From assembly GCA_964016885.1 (NCBI GenBank), contig OZ024745.1:98146001-98210000 (forward strand): a stretch of DNA of 64,000 bases, read 5' to 3'. Position numbers and translations under genes: made by a program. The notes beneath the pieces are model-generated. The model was not told the DNA's origin and did not search any database. It worked only from the letters and a program-made list of their open reading frames with translations. Positions 1-11,339 of the stretch are shown piece by piece (position 1 is the stretch's first letter; every line of letters starts with the position of its first letter). Source of the stretch: Eledone cirrhosa (Eukaryota).

Positions 1-141
1 AAATAACAATGAAAATAACAATGAAAAATTCCCCAATAGGGGGGAGACTTCGGAGGGACATTTGTGGAGAAAGCCCAGTAAAAAGCCACAATGACCCTGA
101 CCACCAAGGCAAGTGCCCTCTCCCAGTTTTCCACCTTTAGT

Positions 142-3100
142 TTACAGATATATACTCAGAGTCGGCCCATTCACTCGGGCCATTCTTGCTTCTCTCACCC
201 ATCTTTCAACAAAATGCTGGGAAGAGAGCACTTCCCTCTCTACTCTGATTTTCCTTTTCAAATGAAATTTGAAAAAGTCAATCAGAGCATCACCGAAGAG
301 GTAAGTGCTCGTCTTCAGCCCTTTCAAACGTGTCCACCATACTATCTCTTTCGCCATGGCCACCAGACAGATAAAAACTGCCTGCCCTTCCCGGCTAAAG
401 GAGGAGGGCGGGGCAATCCTCACGATGGACTCAGATGATAGCTGGATCCGTCCTAAACGCGACAGCAGGTGTTCGACATAAACCCACAAGTCAGCAATTT
501 TCGGACACTGGACGAGTGCGTGCAGGACGGTTTCGTCGCCCTGCGCGCATCTCGGACATGCCCGGCTGACGGCACCTCCATGCCTGTAGAGTTTATCCCG
601 AACTGGCAAGGCTCCTCGGTAGCACTGCCAGGCCAGAGATTTCTGGAAGTTGTCCATAGGCCCTGGCCCGAAAGTTCTTCCGAAGAGATTGGCTAGTTGA
701 TTTTCGTCGACGCCTAGAGTTTCCCCAAGTACGTCGTCGCTCTTCCCCTCCACTAATCCTCTATAGAACGCCGAGGTGGAGTTTCCACCGATCACATTGC
801 CCGATTGGTCGAGGGCTGTGAGCGCCTGAAGACATTCCAGTCTCCAGGCGCTCCCTCTCGGTCTTCGCTTGACCCAGGACTGCAGCTCCGTCAAGGAAAC
901 GAGCTGGGGAAAAACGCGTCTAGCAAACGGCGACCACACCTGATCACCGTCGAGGAAGAGGTGGAGATGTCGTAGCCTGAGCGCGTGCCTGCGCATCATC
1001 AGCCACGGCATGCCCAGCCCTCCACGTAGCGGGTGTTGACAACAGATGGACCGCCTGACCATCGGAGCACGTCCCTTCCACAAAAAGCGAAAGAGCAAAC
1101 GCTCCAGCGCAGTCAGGCGAGGCTTAGGACAAGGTACGACGGTTAGGCGGTAGCAGATGACAGACGCGATGTACGCGTTAGCCACCTCCGCTCGACCTTT
1201 CAGGGATAGCTTCCTCTCCGCCCATTTCTGGGTGAGAGAAGCCACCCTGCTCGTCACCTCGTCCCAGTTTTTGTCCGTCTGGAGGTCCGGACCGAACCAG
1301 ACCCCTAGCAATTTAACCGGTCCGTCCGTCCAGCGCCCGACGACGCTGTTGGACGGCATGGACCTGCCTCTCCAGGTGCCGAGCTGCAGGCCCACTGACT
1401 TTTCCTGGTTGATCATTGCTCCTGTCACCGCTTCGTATTCTCTTAGTGTAGTGCCGATCGCCTCGATGTGTTTGGCGTTCGACACCACTACGGTGACATC
1501 GTCCGCATATGCTGACACGGATCTTCCGCATCCTAGTTCGCGCGGGACTCCCCTCAACGTCTCCAGTTTGTGCAGTAATGGCTCGAGAGTCAATACGTAC
1601 AAGAGGGACGAGAGGGGACATCCTTGGCGGACCGAGCGCATGATGTTGAACGGTTCCGACAGGTGACCGTTCACTCTCACCACAGAGCAGATGTCGCTGT
1701 GCATGGCAGCGATCCAGCCTCTGAAGACGGGCCCAAAGCCAGCCGCCCTCAGGACTGCCGCTAGGTAACGATGGTCGACCCTATCGAAAGCTTTCGACTG
1801 ATCTAAATTGATCAAGGACCCACCCGTGCCAGGTTCCCTAGCTACCCTCTCTACGATGTATCGCATGAGGTGGAGGTTGTCGTGGATGGATCTGTCGGGA
1901 ATGGCGCATGTCTGCGCCTCTCCCACCAGACCACCAACGACAAGCGCCAACCTCTTTGCTAGCACCTTGGCCAAAATCTTAAACTCTGTGTTTAGCAGAG
2001 TTATGGGCCGGAAATTGTCTATGTTATCCCCCTTGTTCGGATCCTTTCTCAGCAGTGCCACCGCTCCTCGGCTCACAGAACTGGGAATTCTCCCGTTCTG
2101 TTGCCAGTTGCAGTAGACGTCCGCCAAGAGGCCTCCGAACAAGTCTGGCATCTGTACGTAAAGTTCATAGGGCAGACCATCCAAACCAGGCGATTTACCC
2201 CTTGTGCAGCCAGTCATTGCCTCCCTTACTTCAGCGGCTGTTATCGGCTTTTCGCAACACTTCGCCTCAGTGGCCGAGAGCCGCGGCAGTCCGTCGAGGT
2301 AGACACTAAAGTCCATCCCTCTACCCGGCCCCCCGCTGCCCCCGAACAGCTGAGCGAAGTGTCGCTGAAAAGCTTCACACATTTGCCCGGGATCGAGTAG
2401 CATGCGCCCGTCGTGGTCCACCAAAGACCGGATCGTGGCTTTGTTGCCACGACGCGCCTCCGCCACTCGGGCCCATTGAACGGCTTTCGTCCCCTCGTGT
2501 CTGAGAGCACGCACCCTAGCTCTGACAACGCAGCCTTCGTGCTTTGCATTGAAGAATTGGTCAAGGGCCAATTTCGCCGCAAGCACGTCGGTCGCAATGC
2601 CTTTGCTAAGCGCCTCGTCTAATTTTCTAACTAGTTCTCCCTCTGCTCTATTTTTCTCTATTGCTAAAGCCTTACTAAACCTAATCGATTCTATTCTAAT
2701 CGCTCTTTTCAGAGCAAACCACCACTTGTTGTTGACGATGGCCCCCGTCAACGCCCGCTTAACTAGTTCGCTAATCCGGTCTCTGTAGGCCTTGCGCGCT
2801 GGTAAGGACGCGTTTAGCTTCCAGTAGCCGGGTCCTCGTCTATGAAGCCTATCTAAGTCAAGCACACAGATCACGAATTTGTGGTCCGTGTAGCTGACTA
2901 TCTTGAATTGTGGACAGCCTATGCTAGACCTATCTATTTCCCTACAAAATACTCTATCTAGATATGATCTGGATGACCCTATGCGGTTTGTCCAAGTCCA
3001 CATTGGCACATTCGGGAAATCCAATCGGTACCTGTCAGACAGTTCAAAACGCCTGAGCAGGTTGGTGAGGCTCTTGCACCCTCCACCCCTATCCGCTAAT

Positions 3101-3561
3101 CCCACACAGTCCCAGCGTGCATCTAAGATCCCGTTCCAGTCGCCCACTAACACTAAAGAGCGGGACGTTCCAAGAAAGGTCTCCAGACGCCGGAAGAAAT
3201 CAGGCCGCCCTGCTCCTGTCGGGGCATAGACGGCCACTAGCCTGAAAGCTTGCCCGTCTCCGCTGGTCACGTCCAGCACCACCAGCTTACCCTCTGGGTC
3301 CAGGAAGATGGCCCGTATGGCGAGATCCAAACCTCTCCGAAAAAGCACAGCAACTCCTCCACCGGATCCAGGACGGCTGGGAGATGCGTACACATCGTAG
3401 CCGCCGAAGATCGGTGCGAAGGCCCGTGCTTCGGAGATTCTGGTCTCGCTGATGGCCACTACATCTATGTTTAGTGACCTGAGGTCGTTGAGCAGGTGAC
3501 CCTGCTTCCATGACGACCCCAAGCCACGCGCATTTATGCTGCCTATTCTGAGTGAGGTCAT
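142..3561 (-). CDS. LINE ORF2p: APE endonuclease + reverse transcriptase + C-terminal Cys/His zinc-binding domain (Tx1-like)
   Basis: 1139 aa; APE motifs SINARG, ISET, VYAP, GDWN, YLDR, TDH; RT motifs KSPGLDG, FRPITLLN, DQSKAFDRVDH, RQGCPLS, YADD; CPRC..ETVLHALVQC. Confidence 0.95.
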   Translation of the reverse strand: MTSLRIGSINARGLGSSWKQGHLLNDLRSLNIDVVAISETRISEARAFAPIFGGYDVYASPSRPGSGGGVAVLFRRGLDLAIRAIFLDPEGKLVVLDVTSGDGQAFRLVAVYAPTGAGRPDFFRRLETFLGTSRSLVLVGDWNGILDARWDCVGLADRGGGCKSLTNLLRRFELSDRYRLDFPNVPMWTWTNRIGSSRSYLDRVFCREIDRSSIGCPQFKIVSYTDHKFVICVLDLDRLHRRGPGYWKLNASLPARKAYRDRISELVKRALTGAIVNNKWWFALKRAIRIESIRFSKALAIEKNRAEGELVRKLDEALSKGIATDVLAAKLALDQFFNAKHEGCVVRARVRALRHEGTKAVQWARVAEARRGNKATIRSLVDHDGRMLLDPGQMCEAFQRHFAQLFGGSGGPGRGMDFSVYLDGLPRLSATEAKCCEKPITAAEVREAMTGCTRGKSPGLDGLPYELYVQMPDLFGGLLADVYCNWQQNGRIPSSVSRGAVALLRKDPNKGDNIDNFRPITLLNTEFKILAKVLAKRLALVVGGLVGEAQTCAIPDRSIHDNLHLMRYIVERVAREPGTGGSLINLDQSKAFDRVDHRYLAAVLRAAGFGPVFRGWIAAMHSDICSVVRVNGHLSEPFNIMRSVRQGCPLSSLLYVLTLEPLLHKLETLRGVPRELGCGRSVSAYADDVTVVVSNAKHIEAIGTTLREYEAVTGAMINQEKSVGLQLGTWRGRSMPSNSVVGRWTDGPVKLLGVWFGPDLQTDKNWDEVTSRVASLTQKWAERKLSLKGRAEVANAYIASVICYRLTVVPCPKPRLTALERLLFRFLWKGRAPMVRRSICCQHPLRGGLGMPWLMMRRHALRLRHLHLFLDGDQVWSPFARRVFPQLVSLTELQSWVKRRPRGSAWRLECLQALTALDQSGNVIGGNSTSAFYRGLVEGKSDDVLGETLGVDENQLANLFGRTFGPGPMDNFQKSLAWQCYRGALPVRDKLYRHGGAVSRACPRCAQGDETVLHALVQCPKIADLWVYVEHLLSRLGRIQLSSESIVRIAPPSSFSREGQAVFICLVAMAKEIVWWTRLKGLKTSTYLFGDALIDFFKFHLKRKIRVEREVLSSQHFVERWVREARMARVNGPTLSIYL

Positions 3562-3596
3562 GTTTAAAATAGAGTGGAAAAGATGGGAAAGACCAC

Positions 3597-5693
3597 TTAC
3601 CGTACTTTTGGTAGAGGAGGGATGGTTTTTACATCCCTTTTCACTTGATCGTCTGGTGAAGGGACCGTTGAATCGTCCCTTCGGCTGGTCGTCGGCTCTT
3701 CTAAGAGAATGTCTGAATATACTCTTCGATTAATGGTTCCTCCTAGGTCCCTGAAATCACCAACTGCGTTGGGGAATTTCGTTTTAATGTTTGTGTATTG
3801 TTTCTGTGCTATTTTTAGCAGTCTTATGTTAGTTGGCGTTTTGATTGGTGCTGGTATTATGTAGTCCTGTTGTGAAATGTCTGTGTGTTCAATTATGTAA
3901 GTCATTAGTTTCTTGTTGTGTGTGTTTATTGCCGTGCATTTGTTTTTCTGGGGGTGGGGTGTGGTTCTGCTATTTTCTTGTCGTTGTTGCTGGGTGTGTG
4001 TGTTTTGTTGTTGTGTTTGCGATGTTGGTGCTTGTGGTGGTGGTGTTGAAGGTGTTGTTGGCGGTGGGGTTGTCGCCGGTGGTGATGGTGGTGCTGGTGT
4101 GGGTGGTGATGGTGTTGGTGGTGTTGCTGCTGTGGGTCTCTTTGCAGTAGACTTTACCCTTTTCTCATTTCTTTCCTCCCTTTTCAAAGGCGACGATGCG
4201 CTGCTTCTGCGTTTGTGCCTTCTTGAGACCTTTTGCCATCCCTCTCCCACCTCACACTCCATGTCTGATTCTGTAAGGTCGGGGAGGGGTACCAGCTCCA
4301 CTCTTTCACTTGTTGTTGTTGGTGATGTTTGCACTGGAGTCTCTGTTGCAGCTGCATTTGGTATTGCTGTTGTTGTTGTTAATATTTCCACTGCTGCTGC
4401 TGTCTTTGATTTCCGTGGAGTGGGTATGGGTGCCACGGACCTATCGTTCCTGGTTGCCGCTTGTCCTGTTGCTGGTAGCCGTGGAACCGGATTCGGGAGG
4501 AGGGGGGTTTTCTCCTTTCTCATGGTCTTCTCGTTGCAGAAGGCCCTGAGGTGAGTCTTCGATCCACAGCGAAAGCATTTCGGGCGTTTGCCCTCAACAC
4601 TTATGGGCAGTTGAGTGCCGTTATCGAAGTCTATCACATCCGGGATAGCTTCGATGCACTCCTGGTTGGTTTGGATTAGCATCTCAATGGAGGAGCCGAC
4701 CCAATCTTCTCTTACTTTTTTCTGTACTTGCAGTACAGTTGTTTTGTCCTCGATTCCGACGAGGACAGACGCGGCCAGCCAAGAAGGGGTCATTCCGGGG
4801 GGGACGTGGGTCAGTTTGACCCTCACAATTTTTTGCCCGCAGTAGGAGGGCACCAACACCATTTCCTCGCTCCTTAGGGTCACTACTGATTGGGCCTTTG
4901 CCTCCTGGGGTGTGGCAAAAAGTACGTCTACGGTGGCGTATTTTTTGCCTCGGGTGATGTGCGTTTTCCTCTGCCACACAGACCCCAAGGCTTTTTGTAT
5001 TTGGGCCTCTGTGGCTCTTTCCACCCTACGGGATTTTGTACTTACTGTACGGTACGTGACCGTACAGTGCTCTTGGGTTTCGAAAAAATTTTTCGCTGCC
5101 TTGCAGATTGCTCGGTGTCCGTTCTTTGTCACCATCTTCTTCGCTTCCTCTAATTCCTCATTTGTTATGAGGATTGTTTCCAGGTTTTTCGCAATACCTG
5201 CAAATGAGATTGGTTTTTCTCTGCTGTTGTTGTTGTCGTCAGAGCTGCTGGTACTTTTGTTGTTGCTGCAGGTACTACGACTACTGCCTCCGCCGCTGTT
5301 GCTGTGGTTGTTGTTGGTGTTGCTGCTGCTAATGCTGTTGTTGTTTATGCTGCTGGTGATGCTGTTGCGGCTGCTACTGTTGTTTTCATTGTCACTGTTG
5401 CTGTTGTTATTACGGCTGCTACTGCTATTATTCCTGACGTCAGACGAATGAACTGGGTTTTCGTATTTCCCGCACACCTGTTTCGTCGCTGTCGTCGTCG
5501 TCGTGGAGAAACCTTGCACGCTTTGCACGAGACTTTTCTTTTCTTTCGTCACTTGCGAAAGAGAAGGGAGGGAGAGAGACACATTTAAAGAAGGGAGGGA
5601 GAGAGACAATCTTCTCTCTGCTGTAGTGATGATTGAGGAAGAAGAAGACGGAATGAGTGGGAGTGACGTATGAAATTTCTTTTTCGTAGCCAT
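3597..5693 (-). CDS. LINE ORF1p (gag-like) with CCHC zinc knuckle
   Basis: 698 aa immediately upstream of ORF2; CFRCGSKTHLRAFC knuckle; Asn/Ser and Pro/Thr low-complexity tracts; homologous to decayed ORF1 at 36650-38443 (EGKRPQCFVCGEKPHLRAFC). Confidence 0.88.
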   Translation of the reverse strand: MATKKKFHTSLPLIPSSSSSIITTAERRLSLSLPSLNVSLSLPSLSQVTKEKKSLVQSVQGFSTTTTTATKQVCGKYENPVHSSDVRNNSSSSRNNNSNSDNENNSSSRNSITSSINNNSISSSNTNNNHSNSGGGSSRSTCSNNKSTSSSDDNNNSREKPISFAGIAKNLETILITNEELEEAKKMVTKNGHRAICKAAKNFFETQEHCTVTYRTVSTKSRRVERATEAQIQKALGSVWQRKTHITRGKKYATVDVLFATPQEAKAQSVVTLRSEEMVLVPSYCGQKIVRVKLTHVPPGMTPSWLAASVLVGIEDKTTVLQVQKKVREDWVGSSIEMLIQTNQECIEAIPDVIDFDNGTQLPISVEGKRPKCFRCGSKTHLRAFCNEKTMRKEKTPLLPNPVPRLPATGQAATRNDRSVAPIPTPRKSKTAAAVEILTTTTAIPNAAATETPVQTSPTTTSERVELVPLPDLTESDMECEVGEGWQKVSRRHKRRSSASSPLKREERNEKRVKSTAKRPTAATPPTPSPPTPAPPSPPATTPPPTTPSTPPPQAPTSQTQQQNTHTQQQRQENSRTTPHPQKNKCTAINTHNKKLMTYIIEHTDISQQDYIIPAPIKTPTNIRLLKIAQKQYTNIKTKFPNAVGDFRDLGGTINRRVYSDILLEEPTTSRRDDSTVPSPDDQVKRDVKTIPPLPKVR

Positions 5694-5907
5694 GTTGTTT
5701 TTTGTTTAAAATGAATATTGGGTACAAAACCCCAATAACTGGTTATTTAACCCCGAAGGGCCAAATAACGGACAGAAAGACCCCTCTCACGAGGAGGAGG
5801 GTGTCTTTATCAACAATTTGGTTCAAGTTTTAAACAATTTACAATTGTTTTAACGGTTAAAAATTACTATACCTTACAGAGCCGAGCCTCCGTCAACCAT
5901 GGCATTC

Positions 5908-5934
5908 AATAATAATAATAATAATAATAATAAT
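5908..5934. repeat. (AAT)n microsatellite between Tx1 and Dong 5' ends
   Basis: Direct read of sequence. Confidence 0.95.
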
Positions 5935-8900
5935 TCGAATACTACATTACAATGAAACTTATGCTTATTCATTTTTGGGGCCCTTTCTGCCCGTGTGTTT
6001 GTTTGTTTATGTGTGTTCGTATACACCGTGGTGATAATGCCACACAAGGGCCAAGTGGGATGGCGGATCCACAGATGGCTATGTAAACATACATTCGCCA
6101 ATCCTCGATAAGAGTGTTTAAATATCGAACATAAACAGTTCGAATAACGGTGAAATGGAGACTAGAACGTCATGTGACAGACTCTCACCCAACAGGTGCC
6201 CTCTGGCTCAGCAGCAGGAACCTGACTGTCAACCAAATACTGCTGATGTTGGAGGAAGGAGAAGAAGGAAAGGGGCCAGAACCAACTGGACGAAAGAATT
6301 GAATAGAACTGTTATGCAATGCTACCTGAAAAGTAACCCCAAGGAGAGGGGCTACAGGAGACGGATGCATAACATCTGGAACGAGATTGGTTTATTTAAA
6401 TTAGATGAACAAAAATTGGCCGGGCAGGCTCGGGTAATAAGAACTAATGGGTGGATAAGCGAGCTGGAACTGGAGGAACTGAGCAGAGAGAATGGCTTGG
6501 AGAGGGCGGGTGTAGTATGCCAGACAAGCGAGCCGGCGGGAAATGAAGGTGAGGAGGTCCTAAGAACGGAGGAACCACCCGAAGCAGACAATGATCTGAA
6601 TACTGAGATAAATAATACCTGGAACAGAGGTACGGCCACTGAGGAGATGAATGCTGACGGGCTAGGACAAGATTCGGTTGACATCCTAAATTTAGTGGTA
6701 GATGAGTTGAACAATGATAGTGGGAGACCTATGAACCTAAGATTTGTAGACAGGAAAAAGTTAAAAGAAACAACAGCTAAGGTAAACAAAGTCATCCCAT
6801 ACCTTGAGGCGAGGAGTCTTCACCAGTGCAACAATATCCTCAAAGCAACAGCAAATACGGTGAGGAAACTACTTGGTATAAAAGCGAGAGGAAACAACAG
6901 ACAAGAAAGAGCAGAGCCGTGGTGGAAGAAGCGACTGAGTGGGCAAATCGGGGAAATGAGAAATGACATAGGAAAGCTTGAGTCACTACTGAATGGGACA
7001 CTAAAAAACATAGGCACTAAAAATAGACTGGAAATAAAATACAAAACTAGGAGTAAAAAGCTAAATATTATCATAGAGGAATTGAAGCAACGCATTGTAG
7101 CAAAGAGTGCCAAAATCAGGCGATACGAGAACAGAGTCAGTCAGTATAAACAGAACCGCATGTTCGACAACAACCAGAAGATGCTGTTTGGACAGCTTGA
7201 GGGGAAAGAAAGAGGCAACGACTTGATCCCTGGGGCGGAACAAGCTAAAACATTCTGGAGAGGAATATGGGAGCAGGATGTTAGACACAATGCCCAGGCA
7301 GGGTGGATTGAGACAGTACAGAGGGAGATCGGTGAGCAGGCACAACAACAGACTGATTTGAGTATCACAGTTGAAACTCTTAAGGGGCAAGCCAAAAAAC
7401 TAACCAACTGGAAATCACCAGGCCCAAATGGTGTGCAGGGGTATTGGATTAAACATTTAACATCCCTCCACCCGAAGCTGACGGCCATGTTCAATGACTG
7501 CTTGGTGTCGGGTGAGGTGCCAGAGTGGTTGACAAAAGGTACCACAGTTCTGATAATGAAAGACCGAATCAAGGGTAATGATGTTACCAACTATAGACCT
7601 ATCACATGTCTGCCCGTAATGTGGAAACTGTTGACGAGCATTGTGTCTGAGGAAATCTACCATCACCTCCACACAAACAACTTGTTACCGGACGAACAGA
7701 AAGGATGCCGAAAGAAGTCACGTGGTACAAAGGACCAGTTGCTTATTGATAAGATGGTAATGGGGAATTGCAGGAGGAGACACACTGATCTTGCCATGGG
7801 ATGGATAGACTACAGAAAGGCATTTGACATGGTGCCTCATTCCTGGATCACCAAAAGCCTGGAGATCTTCAGGGTAGCAGATAACATCAGACAGTTGCTG
7901 GGCAGGAGTATGGGGTCCTGGGAGACAGAGTTGACATCAACTGGAGTATCCTTGGGAAGCGTGAAGATCAAGAGAGGTATCTTCCAGGGAGATAGCCTGT
8001 CCCCTCTGTTGTTTGTCCTTGCCCTGATGCCCTTGACCATTATGCTGCGAAAAGTGAGAGCAGGATACAAGTTGGGAAGGGGAGAGCTTACCATCAATCA
8101 CCTCCTCTTCATGGACGATCTTAAGCTCTTCGGGAAAAGTGAGAAGGAGTTGGATGTGCTTGTTGACACTGTCCGTATTTTCAGCAGTGATATATGTATG
8201 CAGTTTGGTATTGGTAAATGTGGAGTCGTTGTGATGAAGAGGGGTAGGTTGAGCAGAAGTAACGGGATCCAGATACCAACAGGTGAGATGATAAAGGAAA
8301 TTGACTCTGAGGAAGGATACAAGTATTTGGGCGTTCTGGAGGCTGATGGCATAAAGAACAAAAAAATGAAGGAATTGTTAAGAACTGAATACATTCGGAG
8401 AGTAAGGAGCGTATTGAAGTCACATCTGAACAGCAGAAATGCCATAAGCGCAGTAAATTCCCGAGCTGTGTCTATTATTAGGTACAGTGCGGGAATTCTG
8501 AGATGGAATGTTGCTGAACAAAAAGAAATGGATAGGAAGACTAGGAAGCTATTGACTATCTACAACATGTTCCACAAGAGGAGTGATGTCGATAGACTCT
8601 ACCTAAGGAGATCTGAGGGTGGAAGAGGTCTTATCAGCATAGAGGACTGTGTTCAGATGGAGAAAAACAACCTATACAAATACGTGACCTATAGTAAGGA
8701 GCCAATGCTCAGAGCTGTACTGAAGGAGGGGACAGTAGGCCAGGGGATATCCAAGGAGGAAATAACATCAAGGAGGAAGAGCAGCCTTAAGGGAAAATCC
8801 CTTCATAGTACCTTCTTTGAGAAAACTGAATTTAGAGATCCACAGACATGGAACTGGTTGAGAAGAGGAGACCTCAAAAAGGCTACAGAAGGAATGCTAA

Positions 8901-9621
8901 TGGCTGCGCAGGAGCAGGCCCTCAAAACGAAGTGGTCGAAGCACCATATCTACAAGGAGGAGGCTAGCCCACTGTGCAGGATCTGTGGAGAGAGAGAGGA
9001 GACTGTGGCTCACATTGTGTCCGAGTGTAAACACCTAGCCCAGACCCACTATAAGGGCTGGAGACACGATGTGATGGGCAGGGTGATCCACTGGCACCTG
9101 TGCAAAGTAAACAATCTACCACATTCTGAGAAATGGTATGAGCATAGGCCAGAGGCGGTGATGGAGAACAGTCAGGTGAAGGTGCTGTGGGATTTTAGGA
9201 TACAGACGGACAAAAAACTGGAACACAATAGACCTGACCTGGTGGTTGTGGACAAAGAAAAAAGATCGTGCCTGATTGTGGATGTGGCCTGCCCGTTCGA
9301 CACGAGAGTGCAAGAGAAGGAGAGGGAGAAAATTAACCGATACCAGGACCTAAAGTGGGAGGTGAAAAGGATTTGGAACTGCCATGAAGTCAAAGTGATC
9401 CCGATTGTCATAGGCGCACTGGGGACTATCTCCAAAGGTTTCCAGGGATGGTTAAAGAAAATCGGCCCCTTCACGCTTTTTGGAACGCTTCAAAAGGCAT
9501 GCTTGCTTGGAACAGCAAGAACCCTCCGATACGTCCTGAATATCTGAGGCTGCAGGTAGTGGCTTGATATTCAATCCAACGGACTTTCCAGTTAACCAAC
9601 ATCAATGACTGAGATTCAAGG
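5935..9621 (+). mobile_element. Full-length R4/Dong-clade non-LTR retrotransposon in (AAT)n
   Basis: Single ORF with RT + REL endonuclease; flanked both sides by (AAT)n, consistent with the known TAA-repeat targeting of Dong elements. Confidence 0.9.
6155..9547 (+). CDS. RT + CCHC knuckle + restriction-like (PD-D/ExK) endonuclease
   Basis: 1130 aa; KSPGPNG, YRPITCLP, DYRKAFD, GIFQGDSLSPLLF, LFMDD, YKYLG; CRICGEREETVAHIVSEC; RHD; RPDLVVVD..IVDVACP..KINRY. Confidence 0.95.
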   Translation: METRTSCDRLSPNRCPLAQQQEPDCQPNTADVGGRRRRKGARTNWTKELNRTVMQCYLKSNPKERGYRRRMHNIWNEIGLFKLDEQKLAGQARVIRTNGWISELELEELSRENGLERAGVVCQTSEPAGNEGEEVLRTEEPPEADNDLNTEINNTWNRGTATEEMNADGLGQDSVDILNLVVDELNNDSGRPMNLRFVDRKKLKETTAKVNKVIPYLEARSLHQCNNILKATANTVRKLLGIKARGNNRQERAEPWWKKRLSGQIGEMRNDIGKLESLLNGTLKNIGTKNRLEIKYKTRSKKLNIIIEELKQRIVAKSAKIRRYENRVSQYKQNRMFDNNQKMLFGQLEGKERGNDLIPGAEQAKTFWRGIWEQDVRHNAQAGWIETVQREIGEQAQQQTDLSITVETLKGQAKKLTNWKSPGPNGVQGYWIKHLTSLHPKLTAMFNDCLVSGEVPEWLTKGTTVLIMKDRIKGNDVTNYRPITCLPVMWKLLTSIVSEEIYHHLHTNNLLPDEQKGCRKKSRGTKDQLLIDKMVMGNCRRRHTDLAMGWIDYRKAFDMVPHSWITKSLEIFRVADNIRQLLGRSMGSWETELTSTGVSLGSVKIKRGIFQGDSLSPLLFVLALMPLTIMLRKVRAGYKLGRGELTINHLLFMDDLKLFGKSEKELDVLVDTVRIFSSDICMQFGIGKCGVVVMKRGRLSRSNGIQIPTGEMIKEIDSEEGYKYLGVLEADGIKNKKMKELLRTEYIRRVRSVLKSHLNSRNAISAVNSRAVSIIRYSAGILRWNVAEQKEMDRKTRKLLTIYNMFHKRSDVDRLYLRRSEGGRGLISIEDCVQMEKNNLYKYVTYSKEPMLRAVLKEGTVGQGISKEEITSRRKSSLKGKSLHSTFFEKTEFRDPQTWNWLRRGDLKKATEGMLMAAQEQALKTKWSKHHIYKEEASPLCRICGEREETVAHIVSECKHLAQTHYKGWRHDVMGRVIHWHLCKVNNLPHSEKWYEHRPEAVMENSQVKVLWDFRIQTDKKLEHNRPDLVVVDKEKRSCLIVDVACPFDTRVQEKEREKINRYQDLKWEVKRIWNCHEVKVIPIVIGALGTISKGFQGWLKKIGPFTLFGTLQKACLLGTARTLRYVLNI

Positions 9622-9633
9622 AATAACAATAAC

Positions 9634-9729
<96 letters not shown>

Positions 9730-9753
9730 AAGAAGAAGAAGAAGAAGAAGAAG
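9622..9753. repeat. (AAT)n followed by (AGA)n microsatellite
   Basis: Direct read. Confidence 0.95.
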
Positions 9754-11263
9754 AATTAAACAAGCAACCAGTTACTAAACTAACCGACGAGTGGATCAGA
9801 TACTCAACTAATAATAAAGTCGTGCGTGTGTTTTTATTGGCAATATGACCCTACCAATGTATAACTATATCTGCTTCAATATGCGATTTCACATTAATAA
9901 TCTTGCAAAACAAATACAAAAACGAAGTATATGTATGTCCGAGGCTATGGAGATAGTAAAACTAAAGGGTGACGCAGTCAACCTCAAATCTGACATTCAA
10001 CATGGCCTGCAGACACCAACGTAAATGCACGCTCTCCTCTTTAGTGATACCAGATGGGCCTATCTAAGGCACTACCGGTATGACGATGCCAGGTGGGTGC
10101 ATGCAGCGGACCACGATATGCCACAGCATACCTATGAATGTAAAGCGGAACAAGCTGATATGAACGACAGATCCAACGATACCTACCTCGTAACGTACCT
10201 TGGATAACACCATCCCTCTAACTTGAGGACGCCGACTCAATATAAATCTGATTTTATCTACAACCTTATGTGTGGTTTTGAATTTGAATTTGAACTTTTG
10301 ATTTTTAACTTTTAATTTTCGATTCGTGATGTTTAATTTGCAACTTTGATGTTGGACTTGATGCTGGTCTTAAGGTTAGTGTTGCAGTTAATTCTAACTT
10401 TGCCTGCCGTTGCTATCTCCACGCCTAAAACACAAGCCGCTGGGATATTCCACTTATGCATCCATTCCATGTACATTTCATATATACTGTTATGAAACAC
10501 ATATTCTATACATTCACAATATATATATCTTGTTTGTGTATGCACACGGTCCCCTGTGTCCACCAGTCATGAAACCTGTCTCATGTGCATGGTTGATGTG
10601 CAGGCTCTTACCCAGTCCCTTGGATCGTCAGTCCCTCTTTATCTTATATAACCCTTTGCACTACAGTCCTCCTCAAGTATTTTTATGCAACCTTATGCAC
10701 ATCCCGATAATGTCCGGGTGGCGTGAACAGATAACCCCTCTGCATCTTTGTCATGTATACATTCCTTTTTCCAATATTTTATTTTATCTTATTTTATTTT
10801 ATTTTATTTTATTTTATTTTATGCTTGTACACGCATTTATATATAGGTGCCACCCATGTCATCTGTGATTAGGGCATGGCTACTACGTAGCTATTACATT
10901 TATGCATATTGTGCATGCACTTTCAGGCTTATATCGCCACATGAATGGGTTGGGTACAAGTCTCAAGAATGTTGTGTCATATAATATTTTATGCGCCATG
11001 TGCACAGTTGCGTGTGTGTGTGGATGTGTAGGTATTCATCAAGTATGTGCTTTTTTTTTTTAGATGTATGAGCATGACCATGCGCGGGTACATGTATGTA
11101 TGTGTGTCCACGTACATATGCATACATGCATGTGTATGCATGTCTGGGTGGATGTATTTGTATGAACATGTCTGTGTAAGTGTATGCATGTGTAAGTGTA
11201 GATGTTCCATTTTTTCATCTGTATATATGTGCAGCGTCTTAACTATATACGCTTTCCTGAATA

Positions 11264-11265
<2 letters not shown>

Positions 11266-11337
<72 letters not shown>
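11266..11337. repeat. (GT)n microsatellite
   Basis: Direct read. Confidence 0.95.

Positions 11338-11339
<2 letters not shown>

Larger units (their letters stand above)
1..5907 (-). mobile_element. Full-length Tx1/L1-clade non-LTR retrotransposon (3' UTR runs off window start)
   Basis: Two intact tandem ORFs on minus strand separated by 35 bp; 5' end abuts (AAT)n at 5908; 3' region nearly identical to copy at 38637-40228. Confidence 0.93.

Noticed and set aside
91-5727. Antisense and alternate-frame ORFs overlapping the LINE ORFs
   Set aside because: Shadow ORFs with no motifs; recurrence at 38836 just reflects element copy identity
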